Shown: positions 41,107 through 50,549 of the stretch, in pieces
Position numbering within the stretch: position 1 is the first letter of the stretch
How the letters are laid out: every line of letters begins with the position of its first letter
Origin: Candidatus Sumerlaeaceae bacterium
GTDB lineage: Bacteria; Sumerlaeota; Sumerlaeia; Sumerlaeales; Sumerlaeaceae
Assembly (NCBI GenBank): GCA_049968255.1
Contig: JBMFRB010000002.1
Location: forward strand, 160,001 to 224,000
Length of the DNA: 64,000 nt
Direction of reading: 5' to 3'
The notes under the pieces: generated by a model
What the model was told of the DNA's origin: nothing
Seen by the model: the letters and a program-made list of their open reading frames with translations, nothing else
Database searches by the model: none
Program-made: the position numbers and the translations under genes

Positions 41107-41576
41107 AAATCGCGTTTGCCGTGAAGCTTTGTAATCTTATCGAGGACGCCGTTGATAAAACCGGGAGTTTCTTCATCGCAGTATTTCTTAGAGATTTCGA
41201 TGTATTCGTTTATGGTCACGCGCGGCGGGATATTGGGAAAAGACGCTATCTCAGCTGCCCCCAGCAATAAGAGCGCATGTTCCACTTTCCCGATTCGCTC
41301 AAGTTTCCAGTGTTCCAAAACTTGTTGGAGCTCTGCCTCGAGTTGTGGCTTTTTCTGCTCAACGGTCCTGATCAACTCTTTAGCAAAAGGGGGAAAACTC
41401 CGCCAACCCTGTGCCATCTCTGAGACCAGTAGCTCGATTTCCGCAAAGGGATATTTCGTGTGGATATGGGCAAAAACGACAATCATGGCTAAGCGCCGTG
41501 CGCGCCGGCGCTCTATTGTCCAGCGCCGCAACGCCTCACGTTTTGCTTCGTCTGAACCCGTGATTTCAAACGACAT
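41085..41576 (-). CDS. nusB: Transcription antitermination factor NusB
   Basis: RRRARRLA, WKLERIGKVE, IPPRVTINEYIEISKKY, FINGVLD. Confidence 0.93.
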   Translation of the reverse strand: MSFEITGSDEAKREALRRWTIERRRARRLAMIVVFAHIHTKYPFAEIELLVSEMAQGWRSFPPFAKELIRTVEQKKPQLEAELQQVLEHWKLERIGKVEHALLLLGAAEIASFPNIPPRVTINEYIEISKKYCDEETPGFINGVLDKITKLHGKRDFYVRPPA

Positions 41577-41627
41577 ACGGTGACTGGTATTTGGAAGATA
41601 CAGTTTCTATTCGGTGCCTTCGGGGAG

Positions 41628-42983
41628 TTATTCGAGAGCCGCTGACAGCGGCTTATGTTCGGGGCGAAAGGTGGGATCTGTCTGGGCAAAATAGTCGTTG
41701 ATAGCGTTGTAGAGCAAGATGGCGGTCAGCTTTTGGAATTTGGGATTAATGAGATACCGCAACTCATCGGTGTTTGTAATAAAACCAACCTCAAGGAGCA
41801 CTGCTGGCATATAGAAGTTTTTGAGCACGACGAAATTTGCGCTCTTGATCCCGCGGGCATAGCTACGAAAATAAGGGTGTTGTTGGAAAGAGCTAAGGAT
41901 TCGGGTGCAGACCACATAGCTTTCGTACTGCCAGCTTTCCAGTTTTTGCCGTTCGAGGTCTGTGAGCACTTGCGCAAGTAATGGGGTTCCTGCGCGCGTT
42001 GCAGAGCCGCCGGTCAGCACGTCAAGGTTTTCGCGTTCAGCCACGGCTTTAGCTGCGGCGTCATCGGCTCCCTTCTCACTGAGATAGAAAATCTCCATTC
42101 CGCGTGCATTTGGATTTCCCCCGCCGTCGTTCATGTGGATGGAAATAAAGAGGTCCCCTTTCTGCTTTTCTGCAAATGCGACGCGGTCAGGCAGAGGGAC
42201 AAGCACATCGCCAGTGCGCGTAAGCACCGCTACCATGTTTGGCGATGAGTCAAAAAGCTTTTTCAAATGATAAGCAAATTGCAGCGTCAGTTCTTTTTCG
42301 TAAACAACGCGGCCGTTGACCAGCGCCGTGCTCGACGCACCTTGATTTGCACCGCCGTGTCCTGGATCAATGACCACAATCTTTTTCGCTCCCTGACCCC
42401 GCCGACTCATGAGTGGCGAAAGAGCAGGCTCTGGGATGGGCGGGATTCGTGCCGAGGAGGTACGGTCGCGAATGACAATTGGGGACACCGCGTTGCCCTG
42501 TTTGGAAGTTGGCGTCATTAGGCCAGTGGCGAAAGGCGACGCTAACGGTGTAGTCGTCGCGAGCGTGTCAATGTAAAGACGAACGGGAGAAGTTTCGCGT
42601 TGGATTCGGAAAGCCTGAGCACGCTCTTTCACGTAGAAAACGAAACGCAGCACCCCATGCTCGGGATACGAGATGGATTCGACCTGGCGAACAAGGGAAT
42701 CATCGATGTCGAGCAGCCGTCGCTTGTACGGGGTCGCAATCCCATAAATATCCACGTAATAGAATCCTTTGTTGTGGATATTGTCTGCGGCGTTGACAAC
42801 CACGTCCTGATCAAGTTCGACAGCGAAGCGGGTTTTGTCGGGGGTGGATTCCCAAGAAATCCTTGTGACTGAGGCAGCACTGAGGGGTGACGCGACATGA
42901 AAACAGAGCATCAGTCCCAGGCCGGCACACAATGCGCGCGCTCTTGAAATAAAAGAAAACCATATATTAACGCGGCGCATCAA
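41628..42983 (-). CDS. N-acetylmuramoyl-L-alanine amidase (AMIN-like + Amidase_3)
   Basis: Signal peptide, VVIDPGHGG, EKELTL, LFISIH, ANFVVLK, PAVLLEVGFITN. Confidence 0.93.
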   Translation of the reverse strand: MMRRVNIWFSFISRARALCAGLGLMLCFHVASPLSAASVTRISWESTPDKTRFAVELDQDVVVNAADNIHNKGFYYVDIYGIATPYKRRLLDIDDSLVRQVESISYPEHGVLRFVFYVKERAQAFRIQRETSPVRLYIDTLATTTPLASPFATGLMTPTSKQGNAVSPIVIRDRTSSARIPPIPEPALSPLMSRRGQGAKKIVVIDPGHGGANQGASSTALVNGRVVYEKELTLQFAYHLKKLFDSSPNMVAVLTRTGDVLVPLPDRVAFAEKQKGDLFISIHMNDGGGNPNARGMEIFYLSEKGADDAAAKAVAERENLDVLTGGSATRAGTPLLAQVLTDLERQKLESWQYESYVVCTRILSSFQQHPYFRSYARGIKSANFVVLKNFYMPAVLLEVGFITNTDELRYLINPKFQKLTAILLYNAINDYFAQTDPTFRPEHKPLSAALE

Positions 42984-43060
42984 CTTTCCTTGCGAGGGCG
43001 AGAATTCCTCTCGTCTGTGCTGTTCAGCGCATTGTGCTGTATGCGGCTCTTTCGGGAGCT

Positions 43061-43552
43061 CTAATAGGATGTTAGTTCCGCCACATGAGCCGTGATTCGC
43101 TCTTTTTCCGTTGGGTCAGTGCAGAGAGCAATGTACTGCTCCCATGCTTTGTGTGCGTCTGCCTTTTGCCCCAGACGCTCATAACAAAGCGCAAGATTGT
43201 AAGCTGCGTCCTGAAACTTGGGGTCGATCTCTAGTGCCTTTTGAAGGTGCTCGATGGCTTCCTGCCAACTGCCGTCTTCAATTGCTATTGCTGCGAAATT
43301 ATACAGATCAACCGCAGTTGCTTCCGAAAAACCCAATTGTTTTTTGACCCGCATCCGCTCGCTGTCGGGGAGAGAGAAGTAGAAGGCAAACCCATAGACT
43401 TCGAGTGCCTCATCTGTGTTTTCTCGCAGCAGCGAGCGAAATTGCCTCAGGTGCTCGTCGTAAAGGTCATCTTGCTTCTCAGTCGCGGCCGATGAGATCA
43501 CAGCTTCTGCGAGTTGTTCGGATTTTTGGTCGGCGGTTTTCGGCATTCCCAA
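43061..43552 (-). CDS. Tetratricopeptide repeat protein
   Basis: LYNFAAIAIEDGSWQEAIEHLQKALEIDPKFQDAAYNLALCYERLG shows a TPR pattern. Confidence 0.8.
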   Translation of the reverse strand: MGMPKTADQKSEQLAEAVISSAATEKQDDLYDEHLRQFRSLLRENTDEALEVYGFAFYFSLPDSERMRVKKQLGFSEATAVDLYNFAAIAIEDGSWQEAIEHLQKALEIDPKFQDAAYNLALCYERLGQKADAHKAWEQYIALCTDPTEKERITAHVAELTSY

Positions 43553-43787
43553 TACTCCTGCATAATTGGTTTGAACTGTACCTGAAACGATTCATGCAAC
43601 GGGACCAATTATTCGCCCTGCGTCTATAGTAAGCTCAGCTTTGTTTTATTTAGTCCGTGACCAGTTCTGCGAGATTCGGGATAAGGGAGAACTCGCCGAC
43701 TGCGTTGCTGGAGAAATATCGGGGGAAGGGAAAGCGACGGTTGCGCTAGCCGAATAAACCGAATAAAATAGCGTAAGACTATTGATT

Positions 43788-44897
43788 ATGGATAGCAAAG
43801 CAAAATTCACAAATCTAGAAGTCACGGAAGAGCTCCTTCAGCGGCTTCCTAAAACGGAACTGCACTGTCACCTCGATGGTTCCCTACGTGTTGAGACAAT
43901 TCTCGATCTGGCTGAACAACAGAAGGTGAAACTTCCTGCAAGCGATGTCGAGGGGCTACGTAAGTACGTTGTTGTGCCAGACGATTGTCCAAGCCTTGTG
44001 GATTATCTCAAAGCATTCGATTTGACCCTTTCCGTGATGCAAGAAGCTGATGCTCTCACGCGAGTCGCATACGAATTGGTCGAGGACTGTGCCCGAGAAA
44101 ACGTCCGCTATTTGGAGGTTCGCTACTCACCTATTCTGCATACACAAAAAGGGCTACGCCTCACACATATCGTTGATGCAGTGCTGGATGGGCTAGCGGC
44201 GGGTGAGAAAGATTTCGGCGTGAAAACTGGGGTCATTATTTGCGGAATGCGCAATATCAATCCCGAGACATCGTACCGTCTGGCGGAGCTGGCGATCGCT
44301 TACAAAAATCGCGGAGTGGTGGCTTTTGACCTCGCAGGTGCTGAAGAAGATTATCCAGCCAAAAAACACAAGGATGCATTTTTCCTGATCTTGAAAAATA
44401 ATATTAATTGCACTCTCCATGCGGGAGAAAGTTACGGTCCTGAGTCCATTCATCAGGCGATCCACTATTGTGGAGCTCACCGGATTGGTCACGGGACGCG
44501 CCTTAAAGAGGACGGAGATTTACTAAACTATGTAAACGACCATCGAATACCTCTCGAAATTTGCCTTACGTCGAACGTCCAAACCAAAGCGGTGAAAAGT
44601 TTCGAAGAACATCCCCTGCGCTTTTATTACGACTACGGGCTGCGAACAACGATTTGTACAGACAACCGCCTCATGAGTGACACCACGATTACGAAGGAGC
44701 TTTACCGCGCGCACAAATACCTAGGCTTTACGATGAGTGAGATCGTCGACCTCATTGTTTTCGGTTTCAAAAGTGCATTTTTGCCTTATCGTGCGAAGGT
44801 GAGGCTGCTTAAGAGCGTTTTCGACGAGTTGAATCAGCTCGCCCTGGAGCCAAAGACCCAGAAGCTCCACACGACAGCTCAGGCGGAGGCTCTCTAA
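43788..44897 (+). CDS. add: Adenosine/adenine deaminase
   Basis: LPKTELHCHLDGS, FDLAG, HAGE, RIGHG, LEICLTSN, TDN. Confidence 0.93.
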   Translation: MDSKAKFTNLEVTEELLQRLPKTELHCHLDGSLRVETILDLAEQQKVKLPASDVEGLRKYVVVPDDCPSLVDYLKAFDLTLSVMQEADALTRVAYELVEDCARENVRYLEVRYSPILHTQKGLRLTHIVDAVLDGLAAGEKDFGVKTGVIICGMRNINPETSYRLAELAIAYKNRGVVAFDLAGAEEDYPAKKHKDAFFLILKNNINCTLHAGESYGPESIHQAIHYCGAHRIGHGTRLKEDGDLLNYVNDHRIPLEICLTSNVQTKAVKSFEEHPLRFYYDYGLRTTICTDNRLMSDTTITKELYRAHKYLGFTMSEIVDLIVFGFKSAFLPYRAKVRLLKSVFDELNQLALEPKTQKLHTTAQAEAL

Positions 44898-44928
44898 CAA
44901 CCTCGCCATGCGTGCGAAAGAGTTTTTT

Positions 44929-44962
44929 GAGCGCTTCGCGCAAATGCGTGGAGCGCTTTTTT
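44929..44962 (+). terminator. Intrinsic terminator of add
   Basis: gagcgcttcgcgc-aaat-gcgtggagcgctt stem running into a T6 tract, about 30 nt after the stop. Confidence 0.7.
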
Positions 44963-45042
44963 CGTTGGAAGTATCGAAGGGCCAGAGCCTCATGTCAGAA
45001 TCGAAAACTCCTGAATGAGAAAGAGCGCTGCAGGACCAAGCA

Positions 45043-46332
45043 GTGACGCGATTTGTTAACTTTTTATTTCTTTTGTGGATGGGTGTCCGGGACCGCTGGT
45101 CGCGCGTCGTCCTCTCGTCGTTTGCCTTGGCATTTGCTGTTGCCGTCACACTTGCGTCGTACTCTGTGGGATTCGGCTTGCTCCGACCTGCCGTGCGTCG
45201 CGCGGAAGAGATGTTTCCAAAGAGTATTGTTTCTGTCCGCCCGAAAGCGCTCGATATAGCGGCTTTTCGCTTCAATGCCACAACGCTCGACGATTCTGCG
45301 GTTGAGAAACTCGCGCGGCTTGATGGCGTGGAATTTGTCGCTCCCCAGCTAAGCCTGAAGATGCCACTGCGTGCCGAAGGTGATATTATGGGCCAAAGCG
45401 CAACCTCGGACTTAGTGGTTGTCGGAATAGATCCTAAGATCGTGCAAGACGATGTCGACATAGGATTTCGCTTCGACTATGACAAAGAGACTTCCTTACC
45501 GATCCCGTGCATCGTGCCCCACTTTTTCCTCGACATGTATAATTTGGCTTACGCCGATTCTCTCGGCTTGCCGAAAATCAGCGAGCGGTACCCGATTGGC
45601 AAAGAGTTCAGCTTGGTGCTTGGTGAAACCTACCTCTTCGGTGCTGACCAGGGGAAAGTGGTGCGCCTGCCTTGTCGAATAGTCGGTATCACGCGACAAA
45701 CCCCTCTTACGGTGGGTGTGCTCATTCCTCTCGGGCACGCCAAAGCGCTCAACGACTGGTATCACGGCGCACGTTCGCCGCAATACAACGCAGTGCATGT
45801 CAAACTGGCTGATCTTGGCAAATACGATCAAGTTACCAGTGCCATCCATGCAATGGGCTACGTGACAGAGAGCCCGGGCGAAACTCTCGATAAGTTTCTC
45901 CTGGTTGTCCGCATTGCTGGAATAAGCGTTGCCGTCTTCACACTTCTCGTGGGCGTCGTGGCCGCCGTTGCGGTCTTTAATGTTTACTCGTTAGCAATCT
46001 TAATCCGTCAAGCGGAATTCCAGGTGCTTCGTGCGGTAGGAGCAACAAAGAGCTTCTTGGCGTGTCTCCTATTGGCCGATGCGGCGATTGTAGGAGCCTG
46101 GAGTGGGACTCTCGGTGGGGGAGCCGCGCTGCTTGTCACTCGTGTTGTCGAGCGCGCTCTTTCCGACGTAGCTTCTCAGTTTTCATTTTTGCCGGCGATT
46201 CATTTCGTGTCCCCCACGGGGCTTATCGTAGGGGGGGTGATGCTGGGTATGGCGGTGGCTATCGCAATTACTGCGCCGCTTGTGTGGCTGGCTGTGCGAA
46301 ACAGTTGCGTGCGGCCAACATCTGCACTCTAG
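45043..46332 (+). CDS. ABC transporter permease (MacB/FtsX family)
   Basis: One TM, large periplasmic domain, then three TMs; RQAEFQVLRAVGA FtsX-type motif. Confidence 0.82.
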   Translation: MTRFVNFLFLLWMGVRDRWSRVVLSSFALAFAVAVTLASYSVGFGLLRPAVRRAEEMFPKSIVSVRPKALDIAAFRFNATTLDDSAVEKLARLDGVEFVAPQLSLKMPLRAEGDIMGQSATSDLVVVGIDPKIVQDDVDIGFRFDYDKETSLPIPCIVPHFFLDMYNLAYADSLGLPKISERYPIGKEFSLVLGETYLFGADQGKVVRLPCRIVGITRQTPLTVGVLIPLGHAKALNDWYHGARSPQYNAVHVKLADLGKYDQVTSAIHAMGYVTESPGETLDKFLLVVRIAGISVAVFTLLVGVVAAVAVFNVYSLAILIRQAEFQVLRAVGATKSFLACLLLADAAIVGAWSGTLGGGAALLVTRVVERALSDVASQFSFLPAIHFVSPTGLIVGGVMLGMAVAIAITAPLVWLAVRNSCVRPTSAL

Positions 46333-46410
46333 CCGCGGTCGGCGTTGACAGTTGCATTCTCCATGGTCCACTGTAGCTTGAGCTTGCTTTTTTATAGCTG
46401 AAGGTTTCAG

Positions 46411-46442
46411 AAAAAAAACCCGGCTGGTTACGCCCAGCCGGG
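46411..46442 (-). terminator. Intrinsic terminator of the prepilin-type gene
   Basis: 9-bp perfect stem cccggctgg/ccagccggg with an A8 tract on the + strand (U8 on the minus strand), about 30 nt past the stop. Confidence 0.8.
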
Positions 46443-46471
46443 GCTCTGCTGCAATCGTCCGGCGTCTGGGA

Positions 46472-47104
46472 TTATTTGCCGGATTTGCCTTTCCAGCGAA
46501 TAATGTCGCCCGGCGAAATTGTGCCGTTGGTGGGGTCGTATTCAATGAAGGGCCCAGGATAAGCGGGGACCAGCACCGCGTATTTCTGGTCCGGGCCAAG
46601 ACTGAAAAGCAGCCACCCGCCGTCATCGGTATACGAGCTAGTTGATGGATTGTAGAAATCAGGATAATACTGGAAGAATTTGGCGGCGGTTGACGCAGAG
46701 ATGGCATCGAGCTGTCCTAGGACGCCTTCGCTATCACTGTTCGGGTTGCGGCCCCAGAGGACGTAAACACGGTTGAGAATGTCTGCGTCGACGTTGTTGA
46801 ACGGATCCGGAAACACGGAAGTGATGTAGGCCACCGGGGTAGTGAACGCCGAATTGATTCTCGTCCGTGTCCAGCTTGCGTTGGGGCGGTAAGTCCGGTA
46901 GAGCTTGTTGTTATCGACGATATAAGCCTCAATCGCCGTGGCGAAGCTTCGCATGTCCGCTTTCACCCGCGAGACTTTTGCTCGCGTTTGGGCCTCGAGG
47001 AAGTTCGGTACCGCGATTGCAGCAAGAATTGCAATGATGGCGACGACAATCAGCAGCTCAATGAGTGTAAAGCCGCTGCGCCGCGAAAGGAAACTGGGCT
47101 TCAT
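46472..47104 (-). CDS. Prepilin-type N-terminal cleavage/methylation protein (pseudopilin-like)
   Basis: RRSG/FTLIELLIVVAIIAILAAIAVPNF class III signal; C-terminal SLGPD...YDPTNGTISPGDI; AGGAG RBS before the ATG at 47104. Confidence 0.92.
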   Translation of the reverse strand: MKPSFLSRRSGFTLIELLIVVAIIAILAAIAVPNFLEAQTRAKVSRVKADMRSFATAIEAYIVDNNKLYRTYRPNASWTRTRINSAFTTPVAYITSVFPDPFNNVDADILNRVYVLWGRNPNSDSEGVLGQLDAISASTAAKFFQYYPDFYNPSTSSYTDDGGWLLFSLGPDQKYAVLVPAYPGPFIEYDPTNGTISPGDIIRWKGKSGK

Positions 47105-47634
47105 GGCAAACTCTCCTTTTTTTGAATTTAGGGAGAAGTAGGGCAATTCGAAATAGAATCCGAGACCACTTCTTCCCTTTTTACTACAGTTGTAAATCAT
47201 CTCGCTAGATGCAGTATTCAATAAAAATCTGCATGCGATTTGCGTTTTATTTCACATACAAATCTTTTGCCGCAAATGGAGCGTTCTTGCTTGGTTGTGG
47301 ATCGGTTTTACGGGGAGCCTTATTTCTCAGGTTGGGTGCGGCTTTGTCGTGGGCCGTATCTTTTGCGCCCCCGACACCCAGTGTTCGAAATCGCTGGGTC
47401 TTGGGTGCCGGGCTTCTGAGCAGTCAGCAAAGACGATTCGCGTGCAGTGGTGCGGTCACACCAGAAGGGAAAGAGGTTGGCGCCCAAAAAATGAAAAGCC
47501 ACCGCTTACTGCTGCCCCATGAGCACATGAGCCAGCTCGTTGCTTGCGATCTCCTGCAAGAATTTTTGTGTTGGGACAAAATGAAATAGCGCCCTGCGCT
47601 GTATTTGCGGTGCGAGCAGTGACGTTCTCTGGTT

Positions 47635-47711
47635 GGGCCTATAGCTCAGATGGTTAGAGCGCGCCCCTGATAAGGGCGAGGTCGGTAGTTCGACTCTACC
47701 TAGGCCCACCA
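47635..47711 (+). tRNA. tRNA-Ile(GAT)
   Basis: 77 nt: GGGCCTA/TAGGCCC acceptor stem, AGCTCAGATGGTTAGAGC D arm, CTGATAA anticodon loop, GTTCGA T loop, encoded CCA. Confidence 0.97.
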
Positions 47712-47862
47712 TATTTTCTTTTGTAGCGCCTCTTCGCTACTGGGGGCCAAGCGAGCGCCGAGTCTGAACAGCCTCTTCTATCGCTGAGCTTGACAACCTC
47801 TCCCGTTCTAATCCAGACCTTATCGCGAACGTTGGCATGAACGAAAAAGGCAAGGTGCGACG

Positions 47863-48552
47863 ATGAAAATCATGCGCGGAGTTGTGGCGGCAACTGCTGT
47901 TTTTGCTATGTTCACGGTCTCTTGCAGGGCGGCCGATGAAGTTCAGCAGGCGCTAGAAAAGGTGAAACACGCCTTTTCAAAGGTCACGGGAGTGGAGGCT
48001 GTGGTAGAAACGCGTCATGAAACGAACGACCAGGACGTGATACTTACGCGCTCCCTTGTACTCTCCAAGAACTATGGATGGAAAATTGAGGAGGGAGTGG
48101 GAAAGCTTCACCGTCTCATCATCAACGACTTCCAGACTAACATTGTTTATTATCCTGAGCAAAAGCGTGCTCTGAAATTGAACGCAAAGTCTGCCGATAT
48201 CGCGTCGGAGTTTAAGAAGCCGGTGACTGACTTGAATCCGATTTTCTCTCTCGAACGTTCATCGCTCAAGCTTCTTGGCACTGAGGACCTAGACGGCGAG
48301 AAAGTGTATCATTTCGAAGGCACAACGACAACGCAGTTTCTGCGGTCAGGCAAACCAGTGAAAATCCGGATTGAGGCCTGGGTGGCCGAGCACGATGGTT
48401 TGCCGCGCAAGACCATTGAACGCTGGGAGGACCGAACAGGAACAACAATTTACCGTGACATTGTTTTGCGCGATGATTTGACAACAGATGTCTTCAAATT
48501 CACGCCGCCCTCCGGAGTGGAGATCATCGAAATTGGTGATGAAGCGCCCTGA
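47863..48552 (+). CDS. LolA-like outer-membrane lipoprotein carrier/sorting-fold protein
   Basis: Signal peptide, beta-rich body, LLGTEDLDGEKVYHF, C-terminal FKFTPPSGVEII. Confidence 0.75.
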   Translation: MKIMRGVVAATAVFAMFTVSCRAADEVQQALEKVKHAFSKVTGVEAVVETRHETNDQDVILTRSLVLSKNYGWKIEEGVGKLHRLIINDFQTNIVYYPEQKRALKLNAKSADIASEFKKPVTDLNPIFSLERSSLKLLGTEDLDGEKVYHFEGTTTTQFLRSGKPVKIRIEAWVAEHDGLPRKTIERWEDRTGTTIYRDIVLRDDLTTDVFKFTPPSGVEIIEIGDEAP

Positions 48553-48586
48553 CGATTCACGAGGGCCGGTCGCTCGTGATATTTGT

Positions 48587-48762
48587 GTAAGACCCCCGAA
48601 TTCGCCACTGATCCGAGGGAAAGCAAGGCGCAACTTTGCCCCTTCTCGTAGGCTTCGTGAGCGCGGTGCTTGCGATTCAGTGCGCAAAGCCAAATGTCAT
48701 GGTGGGGCTTCGAGCGAAGTTGCCCATGGAATGACGGACTATCGGGGGGAGGCCGGACTTAC
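48587..48762. ncRNA. Candidate rod-shaped structured ncRNA (6S-like)
   Basis: Nested complementary segments across about 175 nt in a convergent intergenic gap (see findings); not confirmed with a covariance model. Confidence 0.35.
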
Positions 48763-48949
48763 TAACGAGCGGAGCGCAGCTAAACGACTCAGCTGTCTTG
48801 GGCCGCAGAGGTAGCAAATATCTTGCATTACGCGAGATGGGAATTCTCCTCACACTTTACCCACGCACGCTTGCGTACAGGGGCGTATGCGTACAACCGC
48901 GAGGCATCGCTCTCAGTAGGCATTTTTTTGACGTTGCACTCGAGCGAAC

Positions 48950-50368
48950 TCACGGACGTCGCGCCAATTCGCTGTCTTTTTTTGAGCCCACCACTGCCAG
49001 GCTCACCGACGCCAGAACCGCTTGCTGGGGTGGATAGTCAGCGAGTGTGGTTCGAGACAGGTAGGTGATATTTGTTGTGGGAATTGCCCCAGACTCATTG
49101 CGAATGAGCTTGAGTTCCGCTTTACCTGGCCTTAGCGCTCGCAAGTGAATGCGGGCCAGTGTCCCCGTTGCTCGCAGCGGCTGCAACTCGCAGCCTTCTT
49201 CGTAGATAATTACGCCTCGTTCGTTGTCGGCTCTGTTCCACTTGTGAAAATCGAAAGCGAACTCTTGGTGCGCAAACCCATCCTCGATGTTGATGCCACT
49301 GCGTATCCAATTTCCTTTGTCGAAATCCGTTACTTCAACCACGTCTGGATCGAACTGAAGATAGAGTTGCACATGATCAAAGGGATCTGCATAGGGGTTG
49401 TTCAGGATCACATCTACTGTCACTTCCTCACCTGGTTCGACAGTGTTGGCATGAGGGAGAAGGCGAAGGTGCATCGAGGGCATTGGGTTTTCGACTTGCG
49501 CGCTCGCGACGAGTAGCCCACCTCCGCTGACCTGCTCCACGATGTTTTTGTTAGCTCGTGGGCGAATGAGCACATTTGCGTGAATCACGCCGTCACCGCG
49601 AGACGTGGCCGTGCCTAAAACGCTTGTGTTCTTCAAGCGGACGTCACAGTAATCGTTGTCGAAATCGAACCGTATCTGTGCGGGATCTGCTGGAGCCAAA
49701 GCTTCCCAATAAAGCAGGGCAATGGCACGCTGGGGAAACTTTTGCGGCTCCTGCAGTCTGATGTGAAAAGCCATCACGCCGTCCCCTGATTCAAAAGCAT
49801 ACTCCACATCGTCTTGCAAGTAGGTAGCAATCGGCGCGAAATCCACAGCGAGAAGATTGAGAGACTGAGGCGGAAAGGTAATCCGTACGAAAAATTCGTC
49901 CGCTATTCCGTCTTTTGTATCGGCTGCCAACTCGGTGACAAAGGTATCGCCAGGTTTGACCACGCTGTCAAAAGGCCGAAAGAATAAAATGCTTCGCGCT
50001 TCGCTTCGTGCGGCAGTTGGGCCAGCTGGCGAGGGAGCAGGCGTTGGTCGGGCGCCTTGCTGGGGGGGCACGTACACCCGCACCGGTCCCTGAGGCGGTG
50101 GCGCACTGCCAGGCACGCCGCCGCCCGACTGGGGCGTGGGCTGCGGAGTCTGTTGCTGCTGGCGAGCTTCAGCAGCCTTTCGTGCCTCTTCTTCCTGTCG
50201 CCTTTTGTTCTCCTGAATGATTTGCTCAATGCGTCGTTGGTGGGCTTTGATGCGCTCCTCGCGGCTCATGGCGCGGATTTGATCCAACGAGGGCGTTGGT
50301 TCTTGAGCAAGAATGGGGCTGTAGCACACGACCACTAACGCAAATATTGACAAGAGTCTCGTTCTCAT
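48950..50368 (-). CDS. Exported protein with charged coiled segment, Pro/Gln linker and two cohesin-like domains
   Basis: Signal MRTRLLSIFALVVVCYSPILA; VKPGDTFVTEL...ITFPP and VEPGEEVTVDVIL...LQFDPDVVEV...GTLARIHLRALRPG. Confidence 0.72.
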   Translation of the reverse strand: MRTRLLSIFALVVVCYSPILAQEPTPSLDQIRAMSREERIKAHQRRIEQIIQENKRRQEEEARKAAEARQQQQTPQPTPQSGGGVPGSAPPPQGPVRVYVPPQQGARPTPAPSPAGPTAARSEARSILFFRPFDSVVKPGDTFVTELAADTKDGIADEFFVRITFPPQSLNLLAVDFAPIATYLQDDVEYAFESGDGVMAFHIRLQEPQKFPQRAIALLYWEALAPADPAQIRFDFDNDYCDVRLKNTSVLGTATSRGDGVIHANVLIRPRANKNIVEQVSGGGLLVASAQVENPMPSMHLRLLPHANTVEPGEEVTVDVILNNPYADPFDHVQLYLQFDPDVVEVTDFDKGNWIRSGINIEDGFAHQEFAFDFHKWNRADNERGVIIYEEGCELQPLRATGTLARIHLRALRPGKAELKLIRNESGAIPTTNITYLSRTTLADYPPQQAVLASVSLAVVGSKKDSELARRP

Positions 50369-50549
50369 TGCCTTGACCAGCTTTCGCGATGTGTAGCAGC
50401 ATAGGCAAGAACAATGCCACAGCGTCGTGCAGGCCATCGGATGCGTAGGCCCAGGCCCAGAAGGGGGGCGAATTGCGCCTGGGCTGCAAGAGGCAATCCG
50501 AAAGCGTTGTGAGCGCGGTTTGATATTTCCGACGGAGAGAAGGGACATC

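Noticed and set aside
47310-47420. Possible c-di-GMP-I riboswitch upstream of the prepilin gene (minus-strand GGGCGCAAAAG after a hairpin)
   Set aside because: No GNRA-capped P2 and no matching downstream stem or receptor; only a short word matches.
48745-48770. RNase P-like word AAGTCCGGCCTCC on the minus strand
   Set aside because: Lacks GAGGAAAGTCC and the 3' CGGCTTA signature.
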